Assembly (NCBI GenBank): GCA_024704765.1
Contig: JAKMXF010000027.1
Coordinates: 1-64,000 of the forward strand
DNA length: 64,000 bases
Reading direction: 5' to 3'
Origin: Oopsacas minuta
Taxonomy: Eukaryota; Animalia; Porifera
The position numbers and the translations under genes are program-made. The notes under the pieces were generated by a model, which saw only the letters and a list, made by a program, of their open reading frames with translations, did no database searches and was not told the origin of the DNA. Of this stretch, positions 1 through 11,598 are shown piece by piece (within the stretch, counting starts at the first letter, position 1; each line of letters opens with the position of its first letter).

Positions 1-106
1 TTTCACTTTTCAGAGGTGTTCACATTCTAAAGGGGTGACCACTATGTAAAACAATGGGAAAAATTTGGGACCAAGAAAAAGTGTTCATATTTTGGAGGTT
101 TTACTG
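1..106. mobile_element. Right end of a pogo/Tigger-like MITE (partial, runs off window start)
   Basis: Ends ...GTGTTCATATTTTGGAGGTTTTACTG followed by TA. The reverse complement CAGTAAAACCTCC is typical of Tc1/mariner-pogo MITE termini. The left end is not in the window. Confidence 0.45.
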
Positions 107-158
107 TACGGTATTATTCAGATAAATTGGTTTAATTAATTTGAATTATCCTATCTAG

Positions 159-1340
159 GTATCTAATTATGTCCGTGATTCTATTGGACCAATCCTTCAA
201 GCATTTTCCCTTGACTTTGATGCTAATGAGTTGGTATTAACATTTAATGAACCTGTTCTTAGTTCTACACTTGATATACCTCAAATAACATTCTCAGCTT
301 TTGCCAATTTCTCTGCAACAAACTATTCTTTAACTGAAGGAGAGATAGAATTCTTTTCCATATCCACAGGTGTTCTTCAATTTAGGATACTTTTATCCAG
401 AAATGATATTCGCGAATTAAAGGTTTCCAAAGTATTAGCTACCTCACGCTTTGATACCTTCTTATCACTTGCTTTAAGCGCTGTTCAAGACACGTCCCAT
501 TCTCCAAATTTGGCTATATATTTCCAAAGGGTATCTCGTTTTATTTTAGACACTACTCCTGCTGAAATAGAATACTTTTCTTTGGATTTGGATCTCGGTA
601 TTTTATCTTTGACTTTTAATGATGTTATGGATATCAGTTCTCTCAATCTCAATGGAATACAATTACAGAATTCCAATTATTCAGGAGGTAATTTTCAATA
701 CACCTTGACTTCTGAATCATATGCTCTAAACCAAGATGGATACTTTACTGACATTATATTATCAGAGTTTGACTTGAATAATATTTTCTTCATCCCTCAA
801 TTAGCTACCAGCTTAATTTTACTTTTATATCTTATGGGGCATTCCTGATTGACGACATCTTTGGGACAGATATACTTGCTCTTACTGATGGCAATGCAAT
901 AATGGCGAGTAATTTTATTCCAGATAGTAACCGTCCCCAGCTGATGGATTTTGACTTAGATATTAATAGTAGTTTGATCATCCTTTATTTCAATGAAGCA
1001 ATTGATATAACTACTTTAAGAACTGACAGATTAAGACTCTCAGCTGGCAACAGATCCTCAATTTTTCTACAATTTGACGATCTGAATACAAGTTCCTACA
1101 TCAACATAACAACTCTTCAGATCCCATTACCTATAGAATTTACGAATGTTATCAAGTTAAATCCATCTCTCGCTACTTCAGTGAATAATACCTTCCTATC
1201 TCTAACTAATGAAACTGTGGAAGACTTTGCAAGTAATTTATTATTACCCATTGGTACAGTAAATCCAAAGCAAGTTAGACTCTATCTTCCTGACACCGTA
1301 CAACCAGTACTTATTCAATTTGAATTTGATAATAATCAAG
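159..1340 (+). CDS. Giant tandem-repeat protein, first visible exon (internal exon; 1-nt frameshift at ~815)
   Basis: Acceptor ctatctAG|GTA at 157-158 and donor caaG|GTgatt at 1341. Translation VSNYVRDSIGPILQAFSLDFD... matches the module consensus. ORFs 231-848 and 902-1393 join into continuous modules if one A is restored at 815-816 (LATSL-NFTFISYGAFLIDDIFG). Confidence 0.85.
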
Positions 1341-1977
1341 GTGATTTACTTCTCATTGCTTTATCTACCACAATGTTTGACATCATAGGCTGAGACGGTA
1401 CTGCTACCGAGTCTGGACCGTAGGATTCTGCCTATAACACCAGAGTAATTATGTATAATTTCTATTTATAATAGATCTGTTCAAATTGATATGCCGAAAA
1501 TCCATGAATATGCTCGGGTGTTTGAGTTACTCGGAGTAGAGAATTGTACTAAAAAATACGCGCATTTCCGCTTATTCAAGGAATGTAACTTTAACAATGT
1601 TACACGTAGTAATTTTCTTTCGATTATATGTCAGGTTCACTTTGTCCAAAACATGGTTCGTTGGGGATTTTGTTCCACCTATATATTTTAGGATAGTTTA
1701 TGACTTAAGGACCGCGAAACGAATGTTGCCATTTCCTAATCCTAAATTGTGACCACAAATCATTACATAGCAATTTATATTTACACGTTAAAATGCAGCC
1801 AGGTGTGCGTAATTATAATTGAATCCAATTAATATCTCAGTATTCGTAATCAGCGTAAGATTTCTATTCGTTCAGCGGCTACTTGATCATATATAGAGAT
1901 TTTTCCCTAGCAACGCAAGAATGCCTCTGTTATGTAACAACATTCCATTCTCAAAATTTGTCCCAACCATATAAATA

Positions 1978-2261
1978 CCATATTTCCCCGAATAAGCGCC
2001 CAGGAGCTTATTTTTTTCGTGCACATGAAACCCCGGCGCTTATTCGGGGAATACGGTATTACGCCTACTTTCAATTTTTTAATCGATAGAATCACAATGT
2101 AAACATTATTCATTCATTCAAACTTGTCATATGCCATATACGTATACCTTTATTGATCAACGAATTTCAATCCCTAGCGTTTATTAAAACGGGCACTTAT
2201 AATAGACCGGCGCTTATTTTTCGTTCATATGAAACCCCGGCGCTTATTCGGGGAAATACGG
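1978..2261. mobile_element. Tc1/mariner-pogo type MITE(s), tandem or nested pair
   Basis: TA|CCATATTTCCCCGAATAAGCGCC (1978) pairs with GGCGCTTATTCGGGGAATACGG|TA (ends 2056). A second copy of the right end, GGCGCTTATTCGGGGAAATACGG|TA, ends at 2261. Confidence 0.7.
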
Positions 2262-2434
2262 TACTGCATTATAATATTTCTGGACCAATAAAATATATCA
2301 AAAACAGTCATATAGTATATTCTTACTTTGTGTATCACTTTATACCATTATCATAGTTAACACTTGATTCGACTATCCAACTTTAAGATCAATATACAAT
2401 TGTTCTGAGTCCTTATTACGAACATTTCATTTAG

Positions 2435-3537
2435 GTACACTTTTACTGTTGTTTTCAGAAACTATTGACGCTTCTAGTTTAAATGTTCAAATGATTACTT
2501 TACAGAATTCTGAAAATGTACGAAGTACACTTCTGAATGAATTGTATTCGTTGACTAATTCTACACATTCTCAAGAAAATTCTAATATAATTTCCATTTA
2601 TTTATCTACGTTTGATTCTAATAACATTAAAGCACTAACTGGTTTGGCTGTTAGTATCAATACGACTTACATATCAACTGGTACAGCTCTTGTTGAAGAT
2701 ATGAGTGCAGTTATCGCAAAACCAATTTCCCAAAATTTCGCACTATCTGCAGCCATTTTTGTTGGCGATTCTACAAGACCTCAATTATCTCATGCTGTCC
2801 TCAACCTTACGAGTGAGACAATAAAAGTGTACGTTAGTGAAACTATTCGAGTCGAATCTGTAAATTTGAGTCACTTCTCTTTACACAGTGCATCAAGAAG
2901 ACAAATATTTTTATCAGGTGGAACAGTTTCTAACGTAAATGCACCAGTTTTCTCTATTACTCTCGAAACCTTTGATATATATTTACTTCAACAAGATCAA
3001 AACTTTGCAACTAACTTGACAAACGTGTTTTTTTCTTTCACAGAACAATTTTTGTCAGACATGACTAATAATCCAATAATACCAATCAATGCATCTAATC
3101 CTATTATGTTTTCTGCTTTTATATCTGATGTAATTTCACCTACTCTCATCAGCTTCTCTTTCGATTTGAATAATGGGACCTTAATATTAACATTCTCAGA
3201 GACTGTTAGAGGTCTTACTGTCCCATTTTGTGACATTATCCTAAAGAATTCGGATTCTTCAAGAACGTTTCCTATTTCTAATTTTTCCATTGATAGTGAT
3301 ATTAATTCACCATCCATTCAAATTTTCTTATCAAGAATTGATCTAAATTTAATTAAATCTTCAATTATTGGCGCCTCTTCTTTCTTCATTTTTATGCCTC
3401 AATGCAATATTACAGATATGGCAAGCAACAATTTCACTCCACTTGGAGAAGAAAATGCTCTTGAGTCAACCCGGATTTTTCCTGATATCACATCCCCTCA
3501 GCTATTGTCTTTTATTCTTAATCTGAATTCTTCCAAG
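2435..3537 (+). CDS. Giant tandem-repeat protein, second visible exon
   Basis: Acceptor ttcatttAG|GT at 2433-2434 (phase 1, giving DNNQG-TLLLLFSETID in register with the module). Donor aaG|GTattc at 3538 (phase 0). Confidence 0.9.
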
Positions 3538-3869
3538 GTATTCAGTTATATTCAAATTCCCTTTTTAGTTCAGCTATAATAGGGAGATGCCCTAAGATAC
3601 CCATAGCTTATTTATTGCACGGTAGTGTATGTCATCGAGAGTAAAAATTTGAGGGCAGTTTTACTTTTTTAATTTAGCTGCGCAACTCAATATACTCGGC
3701 ACTATGTGCCTCAAATTCAAAAATAGAGGAAAACTTTCGTAAAAATGGTATACATTTTGATATGATATTTTTTACCATTGTGAGGTAATCCTTAATATGC
3801 CCATATATGGACATTTTCAATATTCCGCAATCTTCAGAGATACTATATCAAAATATATTATCAGGGAAT

Positions 3870-4070
3870 GGGAAGGCATCTATGTACTATAGATTGGCTC
3901 TCTTGATTTGACCATAATTATAACGATTACCGAGTTATAAGTGAATATTGACAAACAATCCATGGTCTCAGCTATAACTTGATAATTTGTGTAAAAATAT
4001 ATTTCGAATATTCTCTAAATTGAACTTCAAAATCAAAGATCAATATTTTCTATATAATGTTTCATATTTG
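3870..4070. repeat. Dispersed repeat, second copy at ~5225-5460
   Basis: ATTGGCT(C/A)TC(T/C)TGATTTGA(C/G)CATAA...CGATTA(C/T)CGA(G/A)TTATAAGTG(A/G)ATATTGACAAA and ATCAAAGATCAAT are shared in direct orientation. Confidence 0.55.
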
Positions 4071-5008
4071 GAGCATTTTTTCTAACATATCAGCCTATTA
4101 GGCGATCACATGATGTCTTTTCTACCTAAAATATTTTCTAGATGTTGACCATGTGATTCATTACATCCTATTTGTGAAACTTGATGATAGCTTCAGTATG
4201 TATGCTAATATCATGAGTTATTTGTACTTCGAATCAACAAAATGCCATTCGCTTGCTAAGTTGCTTTGTACATCTGGTTTAGCTTAACGGATATCACGGC
4301 TGAAATTTACGTTCGTAGTGAAAGGAATACTCAAATTTTACCACTTCGTTTTAACCAATTCCCCAACCAAAACGTAATCTAGCACCTATTTCACGTCATA
4401 AAATCACATATTTTCCCTGCCGTACTCGGTTAACTATGAAACAGATAAGTATCTTTGTGCTTCTGGTCGCTAGCCGCAAGATATATTCTGCACTACTTGC
4501 CTCGAATTCACAAAACACCGAAAAACTTCACAAATTATTTTTCATGGCCTATCGTGATTACTTTTGTTTTTGTTGTAACATTGGAGCTGCTACATAGCTT
4601 TGAGTTGTTGATCTCGGCACTTCGTGCCTTGAGTATTACATACTACTCAAAATTTTCGAATTTAGAGATTTACAACTTTTGTATTGTCATGATGGGTCCA
4701 ATAAATCCATCATGAGTTTGCATTTGGTCAAATTCTGACGTCGGGACATTTGCATATTGAGGGGTATGATTCAAATTTTAACTACTATCATGTATATTTG
4801 CTGAGCAGTTGTTAATTATGTAATTTTCGAAAATCCAAAAAGGTGACAATGACGTTATAATTTCGTAATAGGTGTGAATTTTCGTCCAAGACTCGAACTT
4901 GTCCGTGCCAGGCCCAAAATACCCCTGTATGCCAAAACTCAGCCCTAGGGGTCCTCCAGTTTCTTCAATTTACACATATTAATATATAGATTAATTGCAT
5001 TTTAATAG

Positions 5009-5695
5009 ATGTAAGTTATGCGTTTTTCACATCTTTCCATATATGGTAATACCTCATTAATTTCCGGTATCAGTCAGCTTTAGACATATGAAAGGCATTA
5101 ATTTCACTTCGAGCCGAGTGTATATCCTGTACAATTGTAGAAATACTTGTAATCAGTCCAGAAAAGCACTTTATTCGGAATGTCTCATTTTAATAGCTTT
5201 GTAAACACTATGTATTACAAGGATATGGGAAGTTGGATATGCACTATAAATTGGCTATCCTGATTTGAGCATAACTTCAACGATTATCGAATTATAAGTG
5301 GATATTGACAAAACATGTGTCATCCATGGCCTCTACGGTAACTCAGGAACATGCTAACATTATCATCATAAATTTATATTTTCTACAGAAAAAGTTTTAG
5401 TTCAATTATTATTTCAACATTTGATCAAAGATCAATTTTTATCGCTCTACATGGCATCTAAGATAGATTAATTTAGAGTAATTATTTTCGCTAAATTAGT
5501 GCTTACTAAGCTATTAAATTGAGACATTTCGAAAAAATTGCTTACCAGACTGATTACAGTATTTCTACAATTGTACAGGATATTCACTCGGCTCGAAGTG
5601 AAATTCATGCTCTTCATATGCCTAAAGCTGACTAATGTCGATATAATAAGGATATTACCATACATGGAAAGGTGTGAATATCGAATAACTTACAT
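5009..5695. repeat. Long inverted repeat, ~200-bp arms (5009-5210 and 5497-5695); MITE/foldback-like
   Basis: For example TTTCACTTCGAGCCGAGTGTATATCCTGTACAATTGTAGAAATAC versus GTATTTCTACAATTGTACAGGATATTCACTCGGCTCGAAGTGAAA. Similarity extends over both arms. Confidence 0.8.
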
Positions 5696-6361
5696 TCCAC
5701 AACTATTTCCGGTAAGCTAATGTGACTTTGGACTCCAAAATATGACTTCCTATAAGACAATAATACCTTGTCAGTGTCTAGAATTAGCAGATTTCGGGAT
5801 ATCAAGAAGTATGCTCTACTGTTTTCAGCCTACACTAATTTCACCGTCAAACGAAGTTGAAAGTCCGTGGGTGTAATTACTATATACGATCAGTAGAATG
5901 TGGATTACATTATCTGTGATGAGAAAATTACCATTAAATGTATTAGTGATCACAGCTGCTTGGATGTTGTTCCACGTAATTTTGAGGCACTATTGGCTTG
6001 TTTTTGAGGAATATACCCTGGATTAGTGATCATAAAAAAGCAGGAACGTGAACGGGATCGTTACACAGGGCCAGTTAAATGTACCTTACCACTTTTGGAA
6101 ATGATGTGCCGCCCATGTATGAAAATATGATCTTGTACATATTTGAAACTTTTATCTGTATACTTATCATCGGGACGTCCGGTTACGTAATGGGGTAACA
6201 CATGGCCTACTTAATTCATGCACGGCCTGGTAAGTGACCGAAAAGCCAATAAAAAAGCAGGCTAATTTGTAGGATTAGATTTTAACTTGCTTTATAACAA
6301 AAAAACTCTCAACGATAGACCTAGAGAATGTATTATCAACATATAAGAACACTAAGTTGTA

Positions 6362-7407
6362 AATGATATTTGATTAATAAATTATGCCCTAGGCACGGAG
6401 GTCCTTCCACTATACAGTTGTCTAGTGCAGCAACGTGGCATAGTCTTTGGATTTAGAGAAATTTACTCTTTCAATGCTGAAAATTGAGTAATGGCGGTAC
6501 AATATTATAGTTGCCTAGAACCGAAGATTTTAAACCTCAAGGACCGGCCCTGGCCATAAGGTTGTTGGTTGAATTGAATACTTTGAGAAATTTCTTCTGA
6601 AAAACCTAATATTTCAATTCATCATAGCGATAAAGAGTGTTTTATCAAAATTTAGCACAAAAATTGGCTAGTCAAGAAATTGTAATGATGCGAGACATAA
6701 TAATCTCTAAAGTAGGCCCTATTTCCAATTCCCCGCATATAGAGGTTCGTTTCTCTTCAACCAAATGAATAAAGGTGGACCAAGATGTATCATACTCGAT
6801 TGAATCCATACTGCTTTGTAAAGAGTTAAGATTTGGAACGGGAATTAAATGTATACATTTAGCAAGGTTGCAACCAAATACTATTTGGCGAATAGTTCAA
6901 TATTTAGTTACCAAGCGAATATCAGTATTCGGTATTCGGTTGGTCCAAACCGAATATTTTCAGTAGTATTAGGTTGAGGTAACCAAATATTATCAGTATT
7001 CGATTGGATCAACCAAATAATATCAGTATTCGGTCAAGCAACTATTCATAAATACTGATATTCGGTTCGATCGGTTTCAACCTTGAAATTTAGCTAATAT
7101 TCGAAGTCATTAATTAAAATACAATATGCCATAAATATAATTAATCATGAATCTACGCTTAGTTTAAGTAAAAATTTCGAAGGTTAATAGTGTTTTAAGG
7201 GTGACCATTTCGCCATACACTGTCCTTGAGGTTTCTAAATCTTCCGTTCTAGGCAGCTATAATATTGTACCGCCATTACTCAATTTTCAGCATTGAAAGA
7301 GTAAATTTATATAAATCCAAATATTATGCCACGTTGCTGCACTAGACAACTGCCTAGTGGAAGGACCTGCCCTGCCTATGGCATTATGTGTTAATCAAAT
7401 ATCATTA
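6362..7407. repeat. Long inverted repeat, ~185-bp arms (6362-6544 and 7222-7407)
   Basis: GGTCCTTCCACTA...TGTCTAGTGCAGCAACGTGGCA...TTTACTCTTTCAATGCTGAAAATTGAGTAATGGCGGTACAATATTATAG is present as its reverse complement in the right arm. The spacer holds a short AACC(G/A)AATA..TATCAGTATTCG motif array (~6910-7080). Confidence 0.8.
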
Positions 7408-7707
7408 AAAAGTAGGTTAGACGATCATATTCATTTACTCAAAATCTCTGGGTAAAGCGGAAGTAGAAAATATCCATGGTTAAAAGGGTTTTATGGGGTA
7501 CCATTTTCGTCAAAACAGTAAACATATTATCTATCAAATTTATGTTGTATCAGCATCAGGGTACAAAATATGCTATTTTTAGTAAGAAATGCTATTCCTC
7601 CTATCCAGCTTTAAACACTGTTTTTATAAATTCTAACGCTTAAATTCTGGGTAAAATGATAATTGAAAGCTATTTATGGAACAAAATGAGAAAATATCAG
7701 TGACATA

Positions 7708-9064
7708 CAGTGTGTCAAGATGAAATTGAGACTATGTTTTGACCTAAGTTTCTAAAGATAATCATCACAAGCCTCGAAATACGAGTTGAATTATTAAAAC
7801 GTGTCTATAGACTAATATTTGATCTTAAAGCCATTACTCTGGATCACTAACTTCTGACGTTTTGGCATAGATTGCCAATAAGGTTTCAAAAATTCGGGTT
7901 CTATAGAATCCCAAATAGAGAGAAGGGTTTCTTCAAGTCCACTAAGATTACGAGGAGGGTTCAAATCGATCTGATGTTTGATCCAAGCCCACAAATTTTC
8001 GATCGGGTTTAGATCTGGGCTTCAAGCAGGCCATTCCATACGAAATATATCATGACTTTCATAGAAAGTCTTAGCAAGCTTTGACGTGTGCTTTGGATCG
8101 TTGTCTTCCTGAAAGACCTAGCCGTCAGGGTAAAATACCTGGGCTTGTGTAATCAGACACCGTTTAGGATGTTCCTATATAATTCTCCGGTGAGGTTCTG
8201 CCTAAAACCTTCAACGGAAAGGTCTCATGAGCAGAAATTGATCCCCAAACACGTAATTTTGGACTATGTTTGTTGCTTTGCTTGACCGCTAGTTGGTCTC
8301 CTTTGCACCACAGCCTTATTCTGCCACCAGCTAGCCAAATTGACATCTCATCGCTAAAAACAACTCGCTCCCAGTCAGTTTGTTTGTTATTCTTAGCCCA
8401 CAATACTCTTTGTTGTTTGTGTCGACCCGTTAGCAGGAATACTCCTTACAACCTTGTGGGTGTACCCTCTCCTCTGTAATTCCTTCCTGACCGTCTCATG
8501 GGATAAACTTTTCTGATGAAGATGATGAATCGACTGGCCAGTTTTCGTATGGACATCTTGCGATTCTGATTTACCAAGCTTACAAGAGATCTAGCATCGT
8601 TCACATGTAATATTCTCTGTTTTTCGGTTCCAGATTTCCTCTGTATATCACCGCCCTGACGAAATTTGGCTAATATGCGGAAAACAGTGCTCCTCGGGAT
8701 AGCTGTTCGCTGATGTATTTCGCTACCACTTGTTACCCCCGCATCGAATAATTTGTGGATGAGGTCTCTTCGTTCTAACTCCACCATGCTGAATACGTAT
8801 TTCGACACAAAAGACAAATATAAGCCAAAAACTGATATTGGAGCGGTCTATGGGAATATAGCAGATATTTTCGGGAATGTGTATTCTAAGTGACAGATTG
8901 ATAGGTTGTTCGTGTATTCTAGAATCAATTAACTAATTGTAACTTGATATACATGTATAAATGAATCAGAAAACAAATGCGTTTCATATCTAGCCATAGC
9001 AAATAAAAAAATTCTGAAAATATACACAATTACACGAAAGTCTCAATTTCATCTTGACAGACTG
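7708..9064 (-). mobile_element. Tc1-family DNA transposon (DD34E), full length, 1357 bp
   Basis: 26-bp TIRs CAGTGTGTCAAGATGAAATTGAGACT (7708-7733) and AGTCTCAATTTCATCTTGACAGACTG (9039-9064), one mismatch. TA target-site duplication at 7706-7707 and 9065-9066. Confidence 0.95.
7812..8817 (-). pseudogene. Tc1 transposase, disrupted
   Basis: The N-terminal HTH (IPRSTVFRIL), WERVVFSDE, KLRVWGSIS and VFQEDNDPKH...EWPA*SPDLNPIENLWAWIK are present, with 34 residues between D and E. It is split by frameshifts and carries an in-frame TGA. Confidence 0.92.
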
Positions 9065-9241
9065 TATTACCATTTTGAATAACAATGAAGTAAAGATCAG
9101 ACTCATATCTAAAAAATAAGTTATAATATATTTCATAGAATTGATTATGAAACCACAAAATACCATTCTCGATAATTCATTCTTTACATTCTTAAGTATT
9201 TACTATAACTCACTAACACAGAAAATAAGATTTCCGCTGGT

Positions 9242-10290
9242 ATGGAATTGAGTAAGTTACTAAACCCTGAAATTGTTTCACTTATTGAGAGTTTTGGCCA
9301 CCTAAATGGCTATGTTAAAGTAAAAGTCAAAGCATCAATGTTTGGAGGCAAAACCTTAGCAACGATGACAGGTAAAGGAGGATCGCCATGTATTGTCTGC
9401 AAAGCAACCCGAAGTGATATAAATAGTATTACGAAAGTGGTTTGCAGGTTTCCTTTAGATTGTTCCATAGGGGATATTAAAGAGACAATCCTTCAGTTAA
9501 CCTCTGATGGAAAAGAGCTGCTGAGCTAGAATACAAAGCAACGGTGTGGGATTACACACGAAACTGCAAGTGGCATTGATTTTTTTCCTGCAGCACCTTT
9601 ACAGTCATATCTAAGGATTTTCGATTGGTTCTTGAACCTGGTCTACCGAATAGCAGTAGGAAAGTCCAAGTAGACTGAGGATCCAATGTTGCGAGATTAT
9701 TGGGGTTTAGTATGCAAGCGTATCCACGAACTAACGGAATTATTATTCGACCAACCAGGAGGAAGTGGGAACTCAAGCACTGGTAACATGGCAATAATAG
9801 GTTTTCATATAAAGATGCTCTAACAGAGGTTCACAGGAATTTACCTACATTACTCAGAGTTGCTAATAGTAGTGAAGTTGTAGATGTAAAGAGATTTCGT
9901 GTGTTAAGTCAAGAAACCAACTACTAATCTTACAAACTGCGCCCTAGGTCTCTATTAGTAATACACTCCACAAATCTTTGGCTCATATCTATCAGGTCAT
10001 TGAGAGAAATGACAGGATAGGATTGTGTAGTCTTTCTGAAGAAGGTTTAAGAACAAGGACTAAGTTGATCCGAGAGTTCTCCACACATTTGAGGAGGATT
10101 TCAGATTCCTAAGTGGGTTAAGTGATGTTGCAATGAGGTTCTACATCTATGATTGCCCAATTCTGAATGAAAAAATCAGAAAGATCATCATTTGTTCCAC
10201 CTGTGGTCGAGTAGGCTATCAAAAGAATTGTGTGAAAAATAGGCTAGCAGAAAACGTGACAAATAATATTGATAATGAGGATTCACTCTA
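9242..10290 (+). mobile_element. RAG1-like / Transib-superfamily transposase remnant (C-terminal half of core plus tail)
   Basis: Across several frames and stops: MFGGKT..GKGGSPCIVCKAT; QRCGITHE; APLQSYLRIFDWFLNLVYRI; LFDQPGGSGNSSTGNMA; TLHKSLAHIYQVIERNDRIGLCSLSEEG; LSDVAMRFYIYDCPIL..CSTCGRVGYQKNC. The motif order matches the RAG1/Transib core as I remember it (CxxC, HKTLAH, SE motif). Confidence 0.75.
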
Positions 10291-10618
10291 AAATTCCAAA
10301 GATGAACTCATCTTGTATTTAACAGTAATTCATCAACAAGATACTCATATTTTCTTTATTTTCAGTTAAAACAATATTTTTCATTAATTCCATTTCTTCT
10401 AATATAACTAATTAAGTGAATATCTACTCGTAGACTTTATTACTATATATAGTAATTACGATTACGTTATATATTGAAAAGCTGATGTGTTGCAACAAAA
10501 TAGATCAACAAACGAACCGCAATAGTGGACTTACTTTACAGTAATAATGCATTGTAAAAATCTATTTCTAAAATTAATCCGCGTAAAACCCGTAATGCTA
10601 GTAATACGTAATAATAGT

Positions 10619-10836
10619 CAGGGTTGTCGTGGGAATGAAATTTCCAATTCCCATCCCATTCCCACAGAATCCTGTGGGAACTCTGAAATCCCATATGAAA
10701 TCCTATGGAAATTCTATTGGGATTGCCACGTGGAAATTCTATTGGAACATATAGGAATTCCCATACATTTCATATGAAATTTCAGAATTCCCATAGGATA
10801 ACTACGATTCCCATTCCCATTCCCACGGCAACCCTG
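10619..10836. mobile_element. MITE with 19-bp TIRs (hAT-like CAGGG ends)
   Basis: CAGGGTTGTCGTGGGAATG ... CATTCCCACGGCAACCCTG (18/19 match). The interior is built of GGAAT/ATTCC motifs. No clean TSD. Confidence 0.8.
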
Positions 10837-11598
10837 AATTAATAGCCCACTAAATAGTATATGAATTTATATACTGGCGATAGGGTCGGAATATGATTCT
10901 ATACCTGAGAAAACTATTTGACCATATTATGGACATTATCTAGACTAAATCTATAATAATACTTACATGTTAATTATCTGGTCACACCTGTCGTATAATA
11001 TAATAGAATATCAGTTAACCGAACCCCTCGGGTCCCATCATGTTCGGATAACTGACCTTCTACTGTGATTTATGGTGATAATTTGATGTTCTACTAATGT
11101 AGAATACAATTTTTCGGGCAAAAGTTCACTGTTTCTGTAATGTAGAGATTTGATTTCTTTGCAATTCGCATATGGATCAAATAAAAAGGTCAATTCGCGA
11201 AAGGACCTACCTATTTATGAATGGGCCAAATTCGCACTTGGGCTGCAACATATGCTTAGTTACATGCGAAACACAAGCCCCGCAGCGATAGCAAGTCAAG
11301 CACACTCGAGTTTGTATAATCATTAATCAAATTCTTTTGAATTCTAACTTTTTACTGCAGCTCCAAGGGCTAGGAGGAGATACCCTAATGGCATAGATGA
11401 TGTGCGACGTCCGTGCAACTGCCTATCCATCCGCGCGGCCAGTGCGAAATCTAGCATTACGATTTATATGAAAATTGGATTACAAACCCTATTACCTCGT
11501 ATGAAAGACCCTCTCGAATAATTGCACCTCTACTTTGGTCAATCTACTGTTTGTTAGGATAAATACGCATAATCCAAGCATATAGTAACTTATGTTTA

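Noticed and set aside
767-804. 38-nt GT..AG mini-intron that would arithmetically bypass the 815 frameshift
   Set aside because: It would delete the conserved DLNNI..LA helix, which matches the module consensus, and the donor (GTTTGA) is weak.
805-830. Programmed -1 ribosomal frameshift
   Set aside because: There is no canonical X XXY YYZ slippery heptamer at the shift point and no obvious downstream stimulatory structure.
1491-7000. Short intronic ORFs (60-86 aa), also 10547-10777, 12698-13012, 16673-17085, 18214-18402, 19688-20074, 55693-56338 and 58789-58986
   Set aside because: They overlap MITEs or other repeats, have no protein motifs, and are consistent with chance.
6900-7090. CRISPR-like array (also considered at 10640-10830 and 55700-55860)
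   Set aside because: The motifs are short and degenerate with irregular spacing, the context is eukaryotic, and there are no cas genes. Transposon subterminal repeats explain them better.
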